In this document: positions 62,029 to 64,000 of the stretch, in pieces
Layout: each line of letters starts with the position of its first letter
How positions within the stretch are numbered: the first letter of the stretch is position 1
Assembly: GCF_006345805.1 (NCBI RefSeq)
Contig: NC_043007.1
Location: forward strand, 61,876,001 to 61,940,000
Direction of reading: 5' to 3'
DNA: 64,000 bases
DNA from: Octopus sinensis
Lineage: Eukaryota
Notes under the pieces: model-generated
What the model was told of the DNA's origin: nothing
Databases searched by the model: none
Seen by the model: the letters and a program-made list of their open reading frames with translations, nothing else
Made by a program: the position numbers and the translations under genes

Positions 62029-62244
62029 AAGGCGGCGAGCTAACAGAATCGTTAGCACGTCGAGCAAAATGCTTAGCAGCATTTCACCTGTCTTTACGTT
62101 CTGAGTTCAAATTCCGCCTAAGGTCTACTTTGTTTTTCATCCTTTCAGGGTCGATAAAATAAGTACCAGTTGAGTACTAGGGTAAATGTAATCGACTTAG
62201 CTCTTCTCCCGAAATTGCTGGCCTTGTGCCAAAATTTGAAACGA
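62029..62244 (+). mobile_element. Dominant SINE, full length, tail type B, TSD-flanked
   Basis: Preceded by ATATATGTATAGTAC and followed by ATATATGAATAGTG (62245-62258). Confidence 0.9.
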
Positions 62245-62429
62245 ATATATGAATAGTGTTGCACTAAATTTTAATAAAAATCAAGCATCCATCCTTTTAT
62301 TTTCATAGTAAAAATAGAATTGCATTTTAACCTTGAAAATCCCTATAAAAATTTTTAATAAAGAAATTTAATACCAATTATTTTCCAGGAAAGTGAAATG
62401 CTGGAGCTGACATAATATCGGTTAAAATA

Positions 62430-62789
62430 TCTCTCTATATATAAACGGCAGTTTGTCTGTGTGTGTTTCTGTGTGTCTGTGTGTCACCCTGACCACGGCT
62501 TTCAACCGATTCTGATGAAACTTGACACACACATAGCCCAATGTCATAATTCAAAACTAACGCAGCGAAAATTTTGAAAAGTTCCCCCAGTTCTGAAAAA
62601 AATCGATAAATTCGACATGGGGTCGAGAATCAGAAACACAAACCACAGACTGTCTAGGGGACGCAACTCGACCTTTTTAACTAAAAAAATTTACCATAAT
62701 TTTTTTTCCATTTTTTGGCTATAACTCTCTAAAAATGCTTTATAGTTATTTCCCTTACAAACCCGAGCAACGCCGGGTGATACCGCTAG
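62430..62789 (+). mobile_element. Complete non-autonomous Helitron (360 bp)
   Basis: Inserted between A (62429) and T (62790); starts TC, ends CTAG; GC-rich hairpin CCCGAGC-AAC-GCCGGG (62762-62777) 8 nt before CTAG; no TSD. Confidence 0.85.
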
Positions 62790-63968
62790 TCATCCTATAA
62801 TTTTTAATGAAAATAATTTTTCAATTAATTGTAATCTATCGTAGCTAATTTACCATATCTTAGATTCAACAGTTTGCCTTACGTTTGACAACGAGAAACT
62901 ATAGTAAAATAGATGAAAAATATTTTCCTGGGAATAATCTGTAATAGTCCTTCATTATGGTCTATTACAAATTATTCCCATTCTATTACAGTATTATGAT
63001 GGGTCAGTAGTTGATCAGTATTATGATAGATCAGTATAAGGTAGATCAGTATTATGGTAGATTCGCATTATGACAGGCCAACATAATGCCTTTCTAATAT
63101 AGATTAATGCAACAATTATATACCCAAGTATACTATTTCTGAGAAACAATAACAAATAGAGTTAGTTATTGAACAAAAAAAAAAAGAAGTATTACATGTA
63201 ATATGATTTAAATCTATGATCAAATCTTGCGATTGGTTGTGTTTCGACGTTGTTACACGAACTGCTAAAAGTGACTGCCACATTTCTTTCAAATCAAATT
63301 TTACTTTCCTGCAACTATAAGAATTCACTAAGTAATGTTGTCCAAGATATTGTATGTAGGAATATAAATCAAAATGGTCACTAATGGAACGCTTTTGATC
63401 ATAGATCAGTGGCATCCAAATGATTCAGTGACGTAAGACGAGAAACAAACTTAATGGTTATGTTGTCAATGAAGTTTAAAATTATTACTATTTTTCTCAA
63501 GCTCTGCTATTAATCACACTTCTACATTATCTCAGTACTTCATATTTGCTACGCTGTATAGAAACAGACTGTAGTGTCATTTAAACATATATATAACCAG
63601 AGATACGTTTTGAATTGTCCAATACTGTACACGTATTCGTGTCTAAATTTTTTGTATGTTTGGTGATAGTTTTCTTTTATTTGTGTGTGGTGTGTGTATA
63701 TGTTTGTGTGTGTGGGGGGGGGGGGGGTTGTGAGTGTGTGTGTGCTGTTCTGTGCAAGTATAAGCATTTGTTTTCCTGTATATTGTCTTAAATGTTTGGG
63801 TATGTCTGTTCGCATCAGTGCTATCAACACTGTAGTGAGTGCTGCTTCCTGTTCCTCCCTAACAATGCTTACAAAATATAAAGATGCACAAAAGAAAAAT
63901 CTTCCTTTTTTTTAAATCTATGGAGCGGAGACAAAGATATTCCTGCTACTTCCCGAATAGCAACAACA

Positions 63969-64000
63969 GGAGGCGCAATGGCCCAGTGGTTAGGGCAGCG
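63969..64000 (+). mobile_element. Start of a tRNA-derived SINE (or tRNA-like gene), cut by the window edge
   Basis: Canonical A-box TGGCCCAGTGG at 63979-63989; the rest lies outside the window. Confidence 0.55.

Overview
AT-rich, repeat-saturated eukaryotic genomic DNA, probably intronic or intergenic. The microsatellite load and SINE/LINE mix suggest a coleoid cephalopod such as Octopus; this is inference and was not verified by search. I can support no host protein-coding exon, rRNA, true tRNA gene or CRISPR array. Most ORFs in the track are microsatellite artefacts or pieces of decayed retrotransposons. The window holds: (i) five RLE-type (R4/Dong-like) LINE remnants abutting (TAA)n; (ii) a second RLE-LINE lineage whose three clear copies all end in (CATA)n; (iii) Tx1/L1-type remnants; (iv) about 20 copies of one SINE with three alternative tails, several with clean 15-17 bp TSDs, plus other tRNA-derived SINEs; (v) a Penelope-like element with a GIY-YIG tail, a tRNA-like cassette and a minimal hammerhead ribozyme, apparently split by a LINE inserted into its internal microsatellite; (vi) Tc1 and mariner remnants, non-autonomous Helitrons and a foldback MITE. 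The best leads are the Penelope/tRNA/microsatellite/hammerhead composite, the (CATA)n-associated RLE lineage and the SINE tail shared with Tx1 3' ends. Family labels come from my reading of motifs, not from database searches, and boundaries of degenerate elements are approximate.
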